A stretch of 64,000 bases of DNA. Source: Podospora anserina. Lineage: Eukaryota. Made by a program: the position numbers and the translations under genes. The DNA lies in assembly GCA_017654855.1 (NCBI GenBank), contig CM030335.1, positions 3,348,001-3,412,000 of the forward strand. Direction: 5' to 3'. Numbering within the stretch: position 1 is the stretch's first letter; every line of letters starts with the position of its first letter. Positions 12,065 to 25,017 of the stretch are shown piece by piece. The notes under the pieces are model-generated. The model saw only the letters and a list, made by a program, of their open reading frames with translations, ran no database searches and was not told the origin of the DNA.

Positions 12065-12442
12065 ATTAACTATAACATTACGAAAGGATTATCAAGGTAA
12101 AACGGTTCACGATTTTATATTTATTAGATTTAAATGAAAAAAATTTAATGGGAGATCTGCAATTATCTTACCTTCGATATAAAAGTAGCGGTGTGGAGAA
12201 TTGAAGTAAATCCTTAGTAAAAGGACGCTTTGGCTATTCGTCGTTTTAACTACAATAGACAGCGAATCTTCCATGTGCCTTCTTGGACAAGTATTTGTCT
12301 TACAGGTTCAGTATTGTCCAAACAAATATCCTATTCGCTGATGACGCTACTCTAACCCAGAAACTCAAAACTACTGAAAACTCCAAGTTCTCCCATCTCA
12401 CCAACGCCATTTTGATCTGCCCATTACACTGCCACAAGCATC

Positions 12443-15150
12443 CTACAACTTGCGGAACACGGTGCTAAAGATCTCTCTGCTCTTTTGTAAATTCACCACC
12501 CTCAACCTCTCGTTATCCAAATGTGCCGCGTCACTCGCTTGACCACAGGGCAAATGAGCCGCCGGAGCGTTAAACTCCTTCTCCAAGAACCGAATCGGTG
12601 GGATAGAACCACCCTCACGAATATACAGAGGCTTCCGTGTCTTTGGCGCAGTTTCGTCGTTGGTTCCATTGGGTGGCAACGCGACAGAGACACCGTTGTT
12701 GCTGTCTTCGGATGCCGTTGGCCCCCAGGCCCTCATGACTGCCTCTTCCAGGGTTCGGAAGATGTAGTTTCCAGGCACACCAAGCCATGGCTCGGCCTTG
12801 TTGTCGATCCTGATGGTGAGGGTATTGTCACTCTCGAATTGCTCGTACTCTTCCCTGAGGAATGACTTGAGGTTCTTGATCACCTCGTCCACCTCCTGGC
12901 CGGGGACCAGTCTGATACTGACATTGGCCGTGGCGTGGCTGCTGATTAAGCTGCCGTCTGGTCCAGATACGTTATATCTGTGGATTGTCAGGTTGGGCTC
13001 GCGCCATCTCGCCATGAGACTGCGCTTGAGAGCTTCAATAGGGCCGTTTGCTGGATTCCGTCGGATGAGGATGTTGGCAATGTCATCATACCGAAGGTCC
13101 TCCTCCTTGGTCAGGGGAAGAATGCCGTCGTAGAAACCTGGAATGTTGACGTGGTTCTTGCGGTCCTTGAGTTTGCTGACAAGCAGCGTCAAATCGGTCA
13201 GCGGCTCCGACAACATATTGCTGCCATCAACACCAGAGTGGAGATCAGGGTGCTTGGAGTCAATGCAGACGGTAGCATGAAGTACACCACGAAGGCCATA
13301 TGTCAGGCAGGGAACCTCGTCGTCTAACCAGTAACTGTTTGCCAACAGGACGTAGTCGATATGCCCGATGAGTTCCTTGTTGTCATGGATGGCTTCAGCA
13401 AATCCTCGCGAACCGGATTCTTCCTCACCCTCGATGACGAAGATGATGTCCGAGTCGAGAGCCTTCTCTTGCAGCAGGTCCGAGACGGCATACAGGGCAG
13501 CAATAATGGGTCCCTTGTTGTCGCTCACACCGCGTCCATAGAGATAGCCATCTCGCCCAGACAATTTGAACGGATCAGTCTGCCAGTTGTCCCCCTTCAT
13601 ATCCGCAGGGACAACATCGTAGTGACCGTAGAACAGAATCCTCTTGCGCTTCTCCGCTGGTTCCAGCTTGCCGCTGAACTTGGCGTACACCACGGGATTG
13701 TGCAAGGAGCCGGTGCTGAGCATTTCCACTTGAGCGCCCAGTCGCTTGAACAGAGACCCGAGGAAGGTGGCACCTTTGCGGCAGTCCTCGGTGAATTCAG
13801 GCCGGGACGAGACAGTCTTGTAAGAGATGAACTCCCGCAGCGATTGGATCATCATATCCTCAGCTGGCCCTGTGCCGTCCTCGGTCTGGGATGGCATGCC
13901 GTTAACACGCCAAACACGGACCGTGTTGTCATTGGCACCAGTGAGGAATAGCTGATCGCTGTTGTGAACGACTGTGGCAGAAGACAGGATCTTGGCGTCG
14001 TGAGCCTTCCATCGACTCAGGCACTGGTACTTTTGACTAATGTTCTGCGCCGCACCGTTGGTGTCTCTACCATAATGAACTGTGCTGTGTTTCTGTCGGT
14101 CGTGTCAGTAAGTGATAGCTTCAGCGTCGTTTTGGGCGCCCATGAAGGTCTTACCGAGGCAGAACCACCAGTTCCTCCACTCCAGAGAAGCCCAAAGCTC
14201 ATCTTGAGAACATTGACGTTCCCGTCATGGGCCTTGATGACCCTCAACTTCTGCTTCGTGTCCAGATCCCATAGCTCGATGATACCGCCCAGCTTGCCGG
14301 CGTACAAGAAGGACCCATCAATGGCAAGCGACATGACGGACTCACTATCATCCTCGCCGAGAACCATCAATTCCTCAATGTCGCCTGTAACAGCATTACC
14401 GTCCTCGTAGTCCGGCCCGGTATCACACAACTTCCACAGCTTGATGGTCCCGTCGCCTCCACCCGATATCAAGACCTCTTCATCCGAATCGACCAGAACC
14501 GTTGGGCCCTTGGCCACCAGCATGCAGAACACCCAGCCGTAGTGCGCATACTGTCGAATCGCACCCGAGTCAATCTCTAGCACCTGTTCGGCCTTGGGTA
14601 TTAAGGCATAAAATTCCTCGGTCCGTCGAGGTGTTGATGTCCCGCCAACCGCGCGGGAGTCAAAGAATCTATGTTGTCGTCGATCGGGATGGTGGGCCGA
14701 TTCGTGGGAGGACTTTCGCTCTGGGTCCTTCAGGCTGATCCACTGGATGTCCTGTGTTTGTGTGCCAACGTATACGATTTCTCGTTGTGGCGAATATGCG
14801 ACACTGAACACATCACCGACATCGTATGTGCTGTAGATCTCGTAGAGGCGTGTAAACGTTCGGGGGCACCAGACATTGATGATGGGCTCGCAGGCTGTCG
14901 AGAACAGGTACTTGAAGTCGTCAGCTAACAGCAGGCAGAGCACGCTGCGCTTGTGGGCTTGTATTGTCTGCACTGGCTGGAAGGTGCCTAGCGACCATAC
15001 GGCAATCTCCCCCTTGCTGGTGCCAGCGAAAATGTACTTGTCGGATACGGCCAGGGCGAGAACCGAGCCATCGTGTCTGAGCTCTTGGAGCTGATCGGGA
15101 GCGGCATCAGGGCAACTGTCGTCAAGCTCACGGCTTTGGAGCGAAGCCAT
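12443..15150 (-). CDS. DUG2: WD40-repeat plus M20 metallopeptidase (glutathione degradosome DUG2-like), intron 14093-14154
   Basis: N-terminal WD40 repeats. M20 motifs FYGHYDVVPA, GRGVSDNKGP, EGEEESGS, REGGSIP, AHLDNER. Splicing the GT-AG intron restores the frame. Confidence 0.92.
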
Positions 15151-17146
15151 TGTCGCGGTTAGATCTGAGAGATTGGGTAGAGATTGTCAGCATGAGCGCA
15201 ATTCAATAAACAATTCAGCCGTGCAATCCCAACAGAAGGCTGAAGTGTATTTCTTCCAAAAGACGGCCGTTGACTTTTATTTGGACATGGAAAGTTGCTC
15301 TGACGACATTTCCGGGGAAAACACTGTCATGGCCGGTGAACGGGGACAGCCCCGCGCTAGCAACAGCCTAGAACAGCTTTCACAGGGATGCCCTGCCCCA
15401 CGTCTCAGGGTCAACTCCACCACAAAGACCCGCAGATCCGGGCTTCCCAGATTCCATGACAGGATTAAAACGCCCCAAAGAGAAGGGACGGATGCACCCC
15501 ACGGTGGGACGATCGAAAATGTGTCCCGCGGGTTGGTAAGGTACCTTTACGGGGCAGGCAGAAGGGGTGTGGGGGTTTGCGGGGGACAAAGCCAGGCCAG
15601 CGGTTGAAACGGTTGAACAGGCAGAGTAGACATCAGAACTCACCGGTGGTGCCAGCGTGGGATGCCATGGATGCCATAGCCAGCGGCGTGGCAAGAGATG
15701 CAGCCGCGGCCCTAGCTTTGTTGATCTTGATGCATCCTTTGCAACCTCCATCATCTTCGTCGTGGCCGTCGTGGCATCGCCAGGGATCAAACGTCTCCCG
15801 AAGGACGGGCACGCCGAGAGCCATATCGCCGGGGTTCACCTTCACAGATGTCGAACTGCTGTTGCTCCTTCCATACAAACGCCAAACAAAGTTCTGGGGG
15901 ACAGGTCTAACGGGGCCGTTGTCGGTGGCCTCTGTCTTTTGTACAGACTCTCCTTGCTGAGACAGAGGTCCGGGCTCTCCGAGTTCGTCCATGTTACACC
16001 GTGTCTTCAGATTGTTGCTGGGCCGGGCGGATGACGCGAGATCAGGGTTGAAGTGCACCATTCCTGACGGCTCTCATAAACCACCGCGAACAGGTCGAAA
16101 GAAGAAGGACGGAGGCATCTCACCGCTCTTGCGGGAGATATGTCGATAGGCAAAGATATGCAGGAGAAGGTTGGGAGCAGTGGTGGCATGAGGTTGAGGG
16201 ACAGCTCCTATTCATATACCCAATGGGAAGGTCATCCCGGGCCCGGCAAGAAGCATCAAACGCCACGACGCGTGCTTCTCGACAAAGCAAATGCCATTCC
16301 CCGATTGTGGTGCGAGATTTACGAGGCCCGGCGATGGGACACATGGCTCAAAACGTGTTAGCCCCCTGACTTTCTTTTGTTTCTCTCGCCCAGGGGCGAG
16401 GGTGAGACCACACCGCATGTCTCTACTGCATCTATCCTCTCCAAGATCGACCTTGGGGGACGAACCACGACGCCGCCAATGATGTGGGATTGTCTCGGCA
16501 GCACAGCGTGGTCACGAGGTCGCCCGTTTGCCAACTGTATCTATGTATAGTGTACAGCACACATCACAGCTGAACCTGACTTGAGAAACTCCGGCTTCAT
16601 GAGATCTTCCCCGTCTCGTGCCGTGCCGATAGCATCATCACATCTGCCCCTGCACTAGCCTAGAGAGTGACACCGGAAAGCTAGCTGTTTCTTGTCAGTG
16701 GGGTTATGTAACTTCCTCTGTGACTCTCACCAATTGCCCACTGTCCGATGAGCCCAAGGTCCCCTGCCCCACCGGCAACTCTTATCGAAACCAGGTTCTT
16801 ATCCGTCGCCGATAACGGCGGGGCGGCTCTCGCACTGTCTTGGCGCTACCTTTGGTGGAGGAATTGGTCTGTGCACGGCACAATCCCTGTAATTTTTTTG
16901 GCTTCTGAGATCATCAAGCCGAAGTTTGCAGAATCGAGAGATTTGGACGATAACGACGCCTCTGGCAACCCACCATCGACGACCGCCGCAAACACACCGT
17001 GACCCCTCCATCGCCGATTCTTGGATTCCTTCTCCGGACAACAATCACCCAATTTCCCCCCCTGCGATAACCAAGTGTCGGTGGTGAGTCGAGTCCTGCG
17101 CGCCGCCTTCCTTTACATCGAGTAATCCCAAACATCACACATCAAA

Positions 17147-17839
17147 ATGGATCACACAAGAGGTGAATACCCTTTGTCTACTGCAAACGATCGACATAGA
17201 TTCTAATATCGGTTTCTAGATCCCTGCCCATGGGTCATTCTCAACGATTTCGGCGGTGCCTTCGCCATGGGTGTATGTCTCCCGCACGACAGTCCCTCGA
17301 CCCCTCCATACAGCTAACATCCTCTTTAGGCTATCGGTGGTACGATCTGGCACGGCATCAAGGGTTTCAGAAACAGTCCCTATGGCGAGAGACGAGTGGG
17401 CGCCATCACAGCTATCAAGATGCGCGCGCCAGTATTGGGTGGTAACTTTGGTGTCTGGGGTGGTCTCTTCTCTACATACGACTGCGCCGTGAAGGGCGTC
17501 AGAAAGAAGGAGGATCCATGGAACGCCATCGTACGTCTTTTACGGAATCTTGAAGTTGGTAGCAGACCGCTAACACAGTCCAGATTGCCGGTTTCTTCAC
17601 AGGTGGCTCGCTCGCCATCCGTGGCGGCTACAAGGCGGCGAGAAACGGTGCCATTGCTTGCGCTGTCCTTCTTGCTGTCATTGAAGGTGTTGGTATTGGT
17701 TTTCAGAAGATGATGGCGGGTTCCACAAAGCTCGAAGTATGTTGTCTGAAACTGCTTTTGTTCAGCGCAGTGCATGCTAACAGTGGTGTTCATCCAGGCC
17801 CCACAACCACCACCTTCCAACGAAATGAACCTCGCATAG
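17147..17839 (+). CDS. TIM17: Mitochondrial inner membrane translocase subunit Tim17 (5 exons)
   Basis: Spliced translation [77 protein letters not shown] with canonical introns. Confidence 0.97.
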
Positions 17840-18097
17840 AATGTATCAATAAATCTCATACTGGTCTACCAACACCTCTCAACTCTTTCTCCGGCCTCTT
17901 CTGAGCTGGACGTGTATTTTCGTACGCATATATGACGGTCAGGATCTTGGGTGGCGGCGTTCCCTTGTAACATAGAATCGGTTGGTAACGTCTCGATGTG
18001 GAGGGGGGCATGGCCGTGATGCCGAAAACGGTGGAGACAATCATCTGAATAATATTTCATTACTGTTTATACCATGCTCACGTTTGTCCAAGATCTT

Positions 18098-19513
18098 CTA
18101 CAATGCTATAGGTTCGCTCCTCTTGCTGGCTCTCCTTAGATCCATCCCGAAAACATCCTCGGACTCATAGCCAGCCGGCGTCGATCCGTCTGGCTGCCAC
18201 ACCCGGAAATGCGCGTGGCTGCGCCTATCAACCCATGCTCGAAACATGCCACCGCAGTTAAAGTCCTGAAGGACGCCACAGCGAGCATCGAGCAACATCC
18301 CGTTGTCGTCTCGAGCCTCCGCGATCTCGATACCAATGATGCCCCCTGCGCCCTCACCCGTCAAACCCCACCGATCCCCTGCACTCTTTTCCAGCTCTCC
18401 CCCTGGCCCTGCCACTTTCGAGACCGCCTCCTTTGACGAGACACCCCCGAAGCGAGCCATCGCCCCCACGGTCCTCGCAGCAGCAGTGCGAAGAAACGAA
18501 TCCCCGTTCCCGGTCCCCGAAACCGCCATCGCCCGCGTAGTCACCACCTTTGGGGTCTTGAACGCAGGATTGTAGCTGAACGGGCTAGGCAGGCAATCCG
18601 CCATGAGACCTTTCAGTGCATTAGATATCACCACCACTGGACCGGGCCGACATCTTAACTCTGCGTGACCAGAAGGGTCCCCTTCTTCAGCCCATTCTTC
18701 TGCCCAGAATCCGGCCCCGACGGAGGGGGTGTCACCTATTCGACCGGTCAACTTGTTGGTTAGGCCGCCTGTGCTGGTTGCGACGGTGATGATGCCTTGC
18801 TCGTCTAGGGTCACGGCGCCGACGGTGCCTTGGGGGAGATATTCTTCTTTGCTGTAGGTGGCGAGGCTCTTTCCAGGGTTTTGCCTTTCGCGTTCCAGGG
18901 CGCGGGTGTGCTCGTCCCAGCGGGTTTGGGTGTAGAAGTAGGATTGGGGAACGATGGCGAGGTTGTATTGCTTTGCTAGTTGTTCTGCTGCTGGGCCGTG
19001 GATGAGGGTGTGGCCTTGGGCGTTGGGGACGTCGAGCATGTTTGCGGAGGGTGATTGGGAATGGCGGCCCAGGAGGTCATCTTCTCCGTGTTGGAGGATT
19101 GCTTTTGCTAGGAGGATGGGATTGCGGATGTGGCGGAGGCCGGTGACGCCTACGCCGCGTTTGGGGTAGGAACCTGGGTGCGAGACCATTATGGAGGCTT
19201 CGAGCTCGTTGTAGCCGTCGCGGGTAAAGACGGCGCCGTGGCCGGCGTTGAAGAGGGGGTTGTCTTCTAATAGGGCGACGGCGTAGGTTGCTGTGGAGAG
19301 GGAGGAGGGGAAGGTGTTGGTGGAGGGTTCAGGAGTGAACATGTAGTGATGGGTCTTGCCGATGATGGTGAGGAGTGATTCACGATATTGACTGTAGCGG
19401 TCTGGTGGGAGTGTTTCGGGGGTGATGTTGCCGGCTCCGCCGTGGATGATAATTTGGGGCTTGAAGCGGGCTGGGGAGGGAGGGATGGGTTTGTATTCCA
19501 TTTTGGCCGTCAT
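18098..19513 (-). CDS. Type-2 asparaginase / isoaspartyl peptidase (Ntn hydrolase)
   Basis: IIIHGGAG, LEDNPLFNAGHG, GTVGAV nucleophile site, TSTGG..GRIGDTP, SGTGNGD. Confidence 0.93.
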   Translation of the reverse strand: MTAKMEYKPIPPSPARFKPQIIIHGGAGNITPETLPPDRYSQYRESLLTIIGKTHHYMFTPEPSTNTFPSSLSTATYAVALLEDNPLFNAGHGAVFTRDGYNELEASIMVSHPGSYPKRGVGVTGLRHIRNPILLAKAILQHGEDDLLGRHSQSPSANMLDVPNAQGHTLIHGPAAEQLAKQYNLAIVPQSYFYTQTRWDEHTRALERERQNPGKSLATYSKEEYLPQGTVGAVTLDEQGIITVATSTGGLTNKLTGRIGDTPSVGAGFWAEEWAEEGDPSGHAELRCRPGPVVVISNALKGLMADCLPSPFSYNPAFKTPKVVTTRAMAVSGTGNGDSFLRTAAARTVGAMARFGGVSSKEAVSKVAGPGGELEKSAGDRWGLTGEGAGGIIGIEIAEARDDNGMLLDARCGVLQDFNCGGMFRAWVDRRSHAHFRVWQPDGSTPAGYESEDVFGMDLRRASKRSEPIAL

Positions 19514-19572
19514 TGTTTCTGACCCAGGTATCTATTCACGTATAGAAAATCACAGGCTTCCTCACCTGGTGA

Positions 19573-19667
19573 GATAATGGCACCAGCTCCTGATGCAAAG
19601 GCGGAATGTCCCTGGATGCAAGAGGCCTACCGATAAGGAGATGCCGCTGGCGTTATCGCTAACCAAT
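19573..19667. promoter_or_regulatory. GATA-site cluster and CCAAT box upstream of the asparaginase (possible AreA/NIT2 nitrogen control)
   Basis: GATAA 19573, GATAAG 19632, TTATC 19653, CCAAT 19663. Short motifs that could occur by chance. Confidence 0.3.
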
Positions 19668-20773
19668 CAGCGCTTGACTGGCAGTGGTGAGGATCAGATG
19701 CCGCCGCTAGGATCTTGGCGGTTTTTGCATGTTAAACAGACACAACTTTGATGTTTAACGGCAGCCACCGATTGGAGAACAGTGTTACACAACACGGGAA
19801 TGTGTCGAGGCGGATAATAGTTAAATTATCTCTTCAACATTTCTTCATGGTTACCTGGCGCCTTCGACCACTCGGCCATTTCACTTCTTGGCAGGTACCT
19901 CTGTATCACCTCGAATCCCTCTGGCTGTCAACCCATCTTCGAACAAAGGATCAACACATCCAAAAGAGCGAGGCCTGATGGTATCTCGACTCGAGAAATC
20001 CGCAATCACAAGTCTTTTCCCTACCTGAGTGAGCCCGATCAAACAGTCACAAAATGCCACATCTCGCTAGAAAGTTGCTGCGAAAAGTACAACAGCTACG
20101 TCATCGCCATGATGAGGCTCGTGATGCTTCCCACCACGACCAACTAAGAAACCGATGGCAAGGTGGGTGCGCTCCTGCTTCTGACTTATCTTCCTCAAGA
20201 TCAGTCCGAGTTGCTATCAAGCTCCCTGTTGTTCCTGTCGGCGGCTGTGGCGCCGTCATCAAGGCATGCGGCTCACGGTCTTTCAGCGGTCACGAAGACG
20301 CACCGTGGAACATGGACCCCCGGTTTCCTTCAAGAAAGAATAGGAATCACTCGCTGTTTGCCTGTTGGTTAACGGGGACTTTCCTTCATCTGGCTTCCAC
20401 TCACATCTCGCCTTTTGCATTTTCTTCTGGTAACACCACTGATACCCCGAGCCTCCCTTCGGGATTTTGCCTCCTTGGCCCGCATAGCGTTCTCTGAGAT
20501 TCAGGGGTGACCAGTCGAGGTGGCAGGCACAACTTTGCAACACGAGCCCGCTGTGACGGTGCCTTGCACTGGAGGCTGGGAGGGCTTTGTCGTTCATCTG
20601 ATTGTTGGTTGGCATTGGATTTAACATGCCCGTTCATTCCAGCTGGTAACTCTCTCCCTTGACACATTTTTTTCTTTTGGTCTGTTTACTTTAGCCATCG
20701 CCTAGTGGTGCCAGCATTCTCTTCTTCTTGCTCTATCGTTCTTTTTTAAGGCTTCCATGTCATAGCTACAGCC

Positions 20774-22196
20774 ATGACTGGTTCGAGGATGCGCCGGCTA
20801 ACCGCCGTCATCATCTGTGGCCTGATAGGATCATACGCCTGTCCAGAACCACAGAACGCGACTACGACGACGACATCCGCTGAAGTGGTTGTGGCAGTAG
20901 TCAGCCCGACAAATTCCGCGTTATCAACCACCACCACCCAACCGGTCACATCCCTTGCGGAAGCAGTCACAACTACCACCGCGCTCGACAACACCGCCAC
21001 CGCAACACTCCACAACAAAGTCGTAATAGACAACACCCTCCCCTCGGGCACCAACCCCCTAGCCAACAACATCGAAAACGTCACCTGGCTAGGCTACCAA
21101 ATAGCCAACAATTCGTGTTCTCACCGCGACTTGGGGTTTGCGGGCAAGTTGGGAGGGAAATGGTACTCCATCTTTGGGGACACGTTATGGGCTGCCCCAG
21201 GGGTGACAGACATGTTTCTTGACCCGCCCGGCTTTCACGGCATGGTTCGGGATTCTATTTCTTTGCTCACGGACGACCCACTGACGGTGGTGGACCTCCA
21301 TCTCAATGACGACGAGCCGGTGCCACATCAATTGCAGTTTGTGCCTTTTAATGAGGAGTGGGGGGAGACGAACCAGTATGGGTTTGGGGGGACGAGTTTG
21401 TGTGAGGTTGACGAGGAGACGGGGATGGGGGTGCTCTATTACCTGGTGGTAAGTTTCCAGTGCTCTTGTGAGGGATCGTATTGTGCTGATGGAAGACAGA
21501 ATGGGAATGAATCCCTCGGTTTAATCGGTGCTGGCGTGGCGCGAGTTGAGCTCATCGACGAGGTCCCTACCGTTACACACCGGTACGGCAGTCAAGGTTG
21601 GTGGTGGGACTCGAAGAAATATGCCAGATATGGTGATCAGATTGCGTATCGGGATGAGAATTCGGAGTATATCTATATTTGGGGTGGGCCGCCGGATTAT
21701 ATCAAGGGTTGGAGTACCATCAACTACCACTACCTTGCTAGGGTGAAGGCGAAGAAGGCGTTTGATTTGGGGGCGTATGAGTACTATTGGGGAAAGCAGA
21801 AGGGGTGGAGGAAGCAGGTGCTGGATCGGTTTGATACTGAGACGTCGGTTATGTGGGGGAGTGGACAGGGGCAGGTGCATTGGAGTGAGTATTGGGGGTG
21901 TTATTTGCTGGTGCATTTGGGGATTGGTGAGTCTACCTGAAGGATGCTTGGGATTGAGTGACGGACGGCTGACTGTGCCTGGTGTTGTAGCTGGTGGGGC
22001 GGTGTTTATCCGGACGGCGGACAACTTGGAAGGGCCCTGGACGCCGGATGTGCAGATTTTCCAGGCGATGCCTATTGATGATGGGTTGGTGTACGCCGGG
22101 GTGGCACACCCGTATTTGGATGAGACGGGGAAGACGCTGGTGGTGTCTTATACGAACAACAACCATATTGAAGTGCTGAGGGTGGAGTTTGCATGA
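20774..22196 (+). CDS. Secreted DUF4185-like beta-propeller protein, introns 21449-21499 and 21927-21990
   Basis: Signal peptide, Thr-rich linker, HRDLG..FGDT, YIYIWGG..LARV..YEYY, EGPWT..YAGVAHP motifs. Confidence 0.75.
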
Positions 22197-22623
22197 TATT
22201 ACACTGGACAAAAAGAGTCTACAACACATTATTACTTTTCAGTACCTAATCCGGGCAAGAGGAACTCCGTCAGACCGCCCACCGCTGTATGTGCACATTC
22301 AGTCAACGGGTGTAGCAAGTACATATATCATTTTACGTTTTTCTTCCACGCAAACTCCAAGTCATGCTAGGTACCCACCGTTTGGCATAACTACCACCTC
22401 CTCCAGGACCGCCACGTACCTTGATTCCTTGAATGAATCTGAATTGGCCTATCAGAAATTCAGGGTTATCTCGTCACACCAATTCTCATTCGTCGTGACC
22501 TTCTCTCTTTCACTTCCCACATATATGTGATTACTCGCTACAATCCACATGAATTAGGTTTCGAGATGGATGAGCAAAGTATTATGTGAACATTATTATC
22601 TCTCCACGAGGCCATGTCCGATA

Positions 22624-25017
22624 CTAGACCCTATAATGTGGCACACTTCTCAACCCCCCACTACCCTGAGCACCTGCTGGATCAAACCCAGAGGTCATCC
22701 CAGTTTTCGGTGGCGGGCTTCCACCCGTCACTCTCGGGGGAGGACCAACCCTCGGCAAAGGCGGCAGCTTCCCAAGCGCCTGCCTCGCAGCCAACTCTTC
22801 AGCTCCCTTCCTCGCCGTCTCAACCCTCTTCTTCTCTGCATCCTCCATCGCCCTCCTGATTATCTCGTCATCGCTCAGATCCCCATCTCTCGACACACCT
22901 CTCAGATCAATAACAGGCTCATCACCACTGCTACCGCCACTCTTGAAATCCCACCGGTCAGCCTCCGCCTGTTGCTTGACACTCTCAACATTCATTTTAG
23001 CCTCCTCAGGCGTCATCATGACATAGTGAGCAGGGTTAAAGTCCCTCCCTATCGTCCCCTGATCAGGTCTACCAAGCGGGATCTGCCTCGTGATAGCGAC
23101 CAAAGCACACATGAACTTCATACTCCTCGCCGCGCGCAACGGTTCATTAGACCAGTTCGACCTGTGCGTAACGATGCAGCGCATCTCAAGCATGTTCATC
23201 TCCCCCAGCCCAACAATCGCGAGGGCGAGGTTGGGGAGGTAGTCCCTCTTATTGTCTGGATGCTTGAGGAAAGCCTCAAGCTCCGACTTGAGATACTGGA
23301 GGTCTTTGAACGAGGTCTTGACGTCAATATTGAAACTTACCGCTTGACGGTTCGACCCGGAGCGGGTGACGTTCTCGATGCGGCACTGCTGGAGCCATTC
23401 GTTGCCTGCTTGGAGTTCCATCCAGTTGTCGACGCGTTTGAAGACTGTGTAGAGGAGTGAGGTTCTAACGACGATCAAGGAGACGGATTGTTTTTGCTGG
23501 CCGGACCAGAGCTCGACTCTGTCGCCTATGTCGTAGGGGTGGTCGAAGAGGATGAAGATGCAGCCTGCGAGGAAGTGGTGGATGGTTCGGCCGACGGCGA
23601 AGGTGAGGCCGAAGCCGAGGAATTTGACGGTTTCTTGGATTGATTTCAGGGAGGGGACCCAGAAGATGAGGATGAAGTAGACCATTATGGCGGCGAGGGC
23701 GGCGAGCATGACCCAGTCGAAGGTGTTGATGCAGTGGTCTGCGTTGTGCATGCTCTTGTAGATGTTTTGGCGGATGCGGCCGGCTTCGGCGACGGTCCAC
23801 TCCATTTCTTCCAGTCTGAGGTCGCCAATTTCGGCTTCGTCGAGGACCTTGAAGTATCTTTCGGCTTCTTCCTTGCGGAAGGGGCCGAGAACCTCGGCGA
23901 TGTCCTCGGCGGTGAGGGTCGTCTTGCCCACAGAAACCATGGACATCCAGATGCGACGTGCCAATGCGGCAGCAGACTTTGGGTTCGCAATAGCGCGCTC
24001 GACAGTGGCGTAGCTCGAGGAAGGATGGAGCCAGTGGGACTTGGGGTCGCTCGAGAGGAAGTTGCCGAAGAAGGAGGTGATGCCATACGAGTCCACCCCG
24101 AGTCGGGCAAGATAACGAGTGGCACGAATGCGATGCTCGCCGTGTCCAGCCATGGTAGCGTTGCTGATCATCATGTCCTCCTCGGTGAACTCGGGGGTGC
24201 CAACGGGGTAGAGGTATATCGAGGCCTCGTAGAGCGCCATGAGAGCGTTGTGCATATCCTTGGAGTGGGCGATCTTGGTGTGGTCCGAGCGGCTGTGGAA
24301 GTGGATGGTGATGTAGAGCATGACGATCTTCCAGACAAAGTAAAAGCCAGCCCAGAGGGTGCCCTGCTCGAGGAAGTCGTCGATTAGGTCAACCCAGCCG
24401 ACATCGCCTTCGGGAAGATCGTAGATCATGGCAAGCTCAAGACGATCTACCCAGACGGTCTGTCATGTGTCAGTGAGATCAAACTTTGGTATGACTGGGA
24501 TTTGACCTACAATAATGTACGCAATATAGGAGCAGCAGATGGTGACAAAGATGCAGATAGGGCGTCGCAATGTCCTGATAATGCGCCAATAGCGCATATG
24601 TGCCGGGTTCACATAACGTGCCACCAGCCTGAAGATGTACGGCAAGGCACTCGCAAAGATATACGTAATGGCGAAGCAGACCCAAGTGACCAGAAGCCAC
24701 ACGAAGATGTAGTAGACTGTCTTTTCAGACCTCTGCGCGAAGAACTGTTCGTCGTCGAGGGCATCTTCCTTCTTGATGATGTCTTTGTTGCCAATTACAA
24801 TCACCGGGATGGCCAGTATGATACCGACAAAGCCGAAGATTATGAGGAAGCGGATGAACTTGTAGGCATTCTTCCAAATGTATTTTCGATATGTGGTCGT
24901 GGCTGTGGTGTAGTACGGTTTGTTGTCTCCTGGTTGGGACATGCTACCCTTCCCTTCGTCCAGCAATGGGGCGGACCCAAAGACCTCGACAGTTTTTCCC
25001 GTTGGTTCCATTGTCAT
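22624..25017 (-). CDS. MscS-like mechanosensitive ion channel, intron 24460-24510
   Basis: Several TM helices, EF-hand-like region, IFILFDHPYDIGDRV, LLYTVFKR, IENVTRS, HRSNWSNE..RAARSMKFMCAL. Confidence 0.9.
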
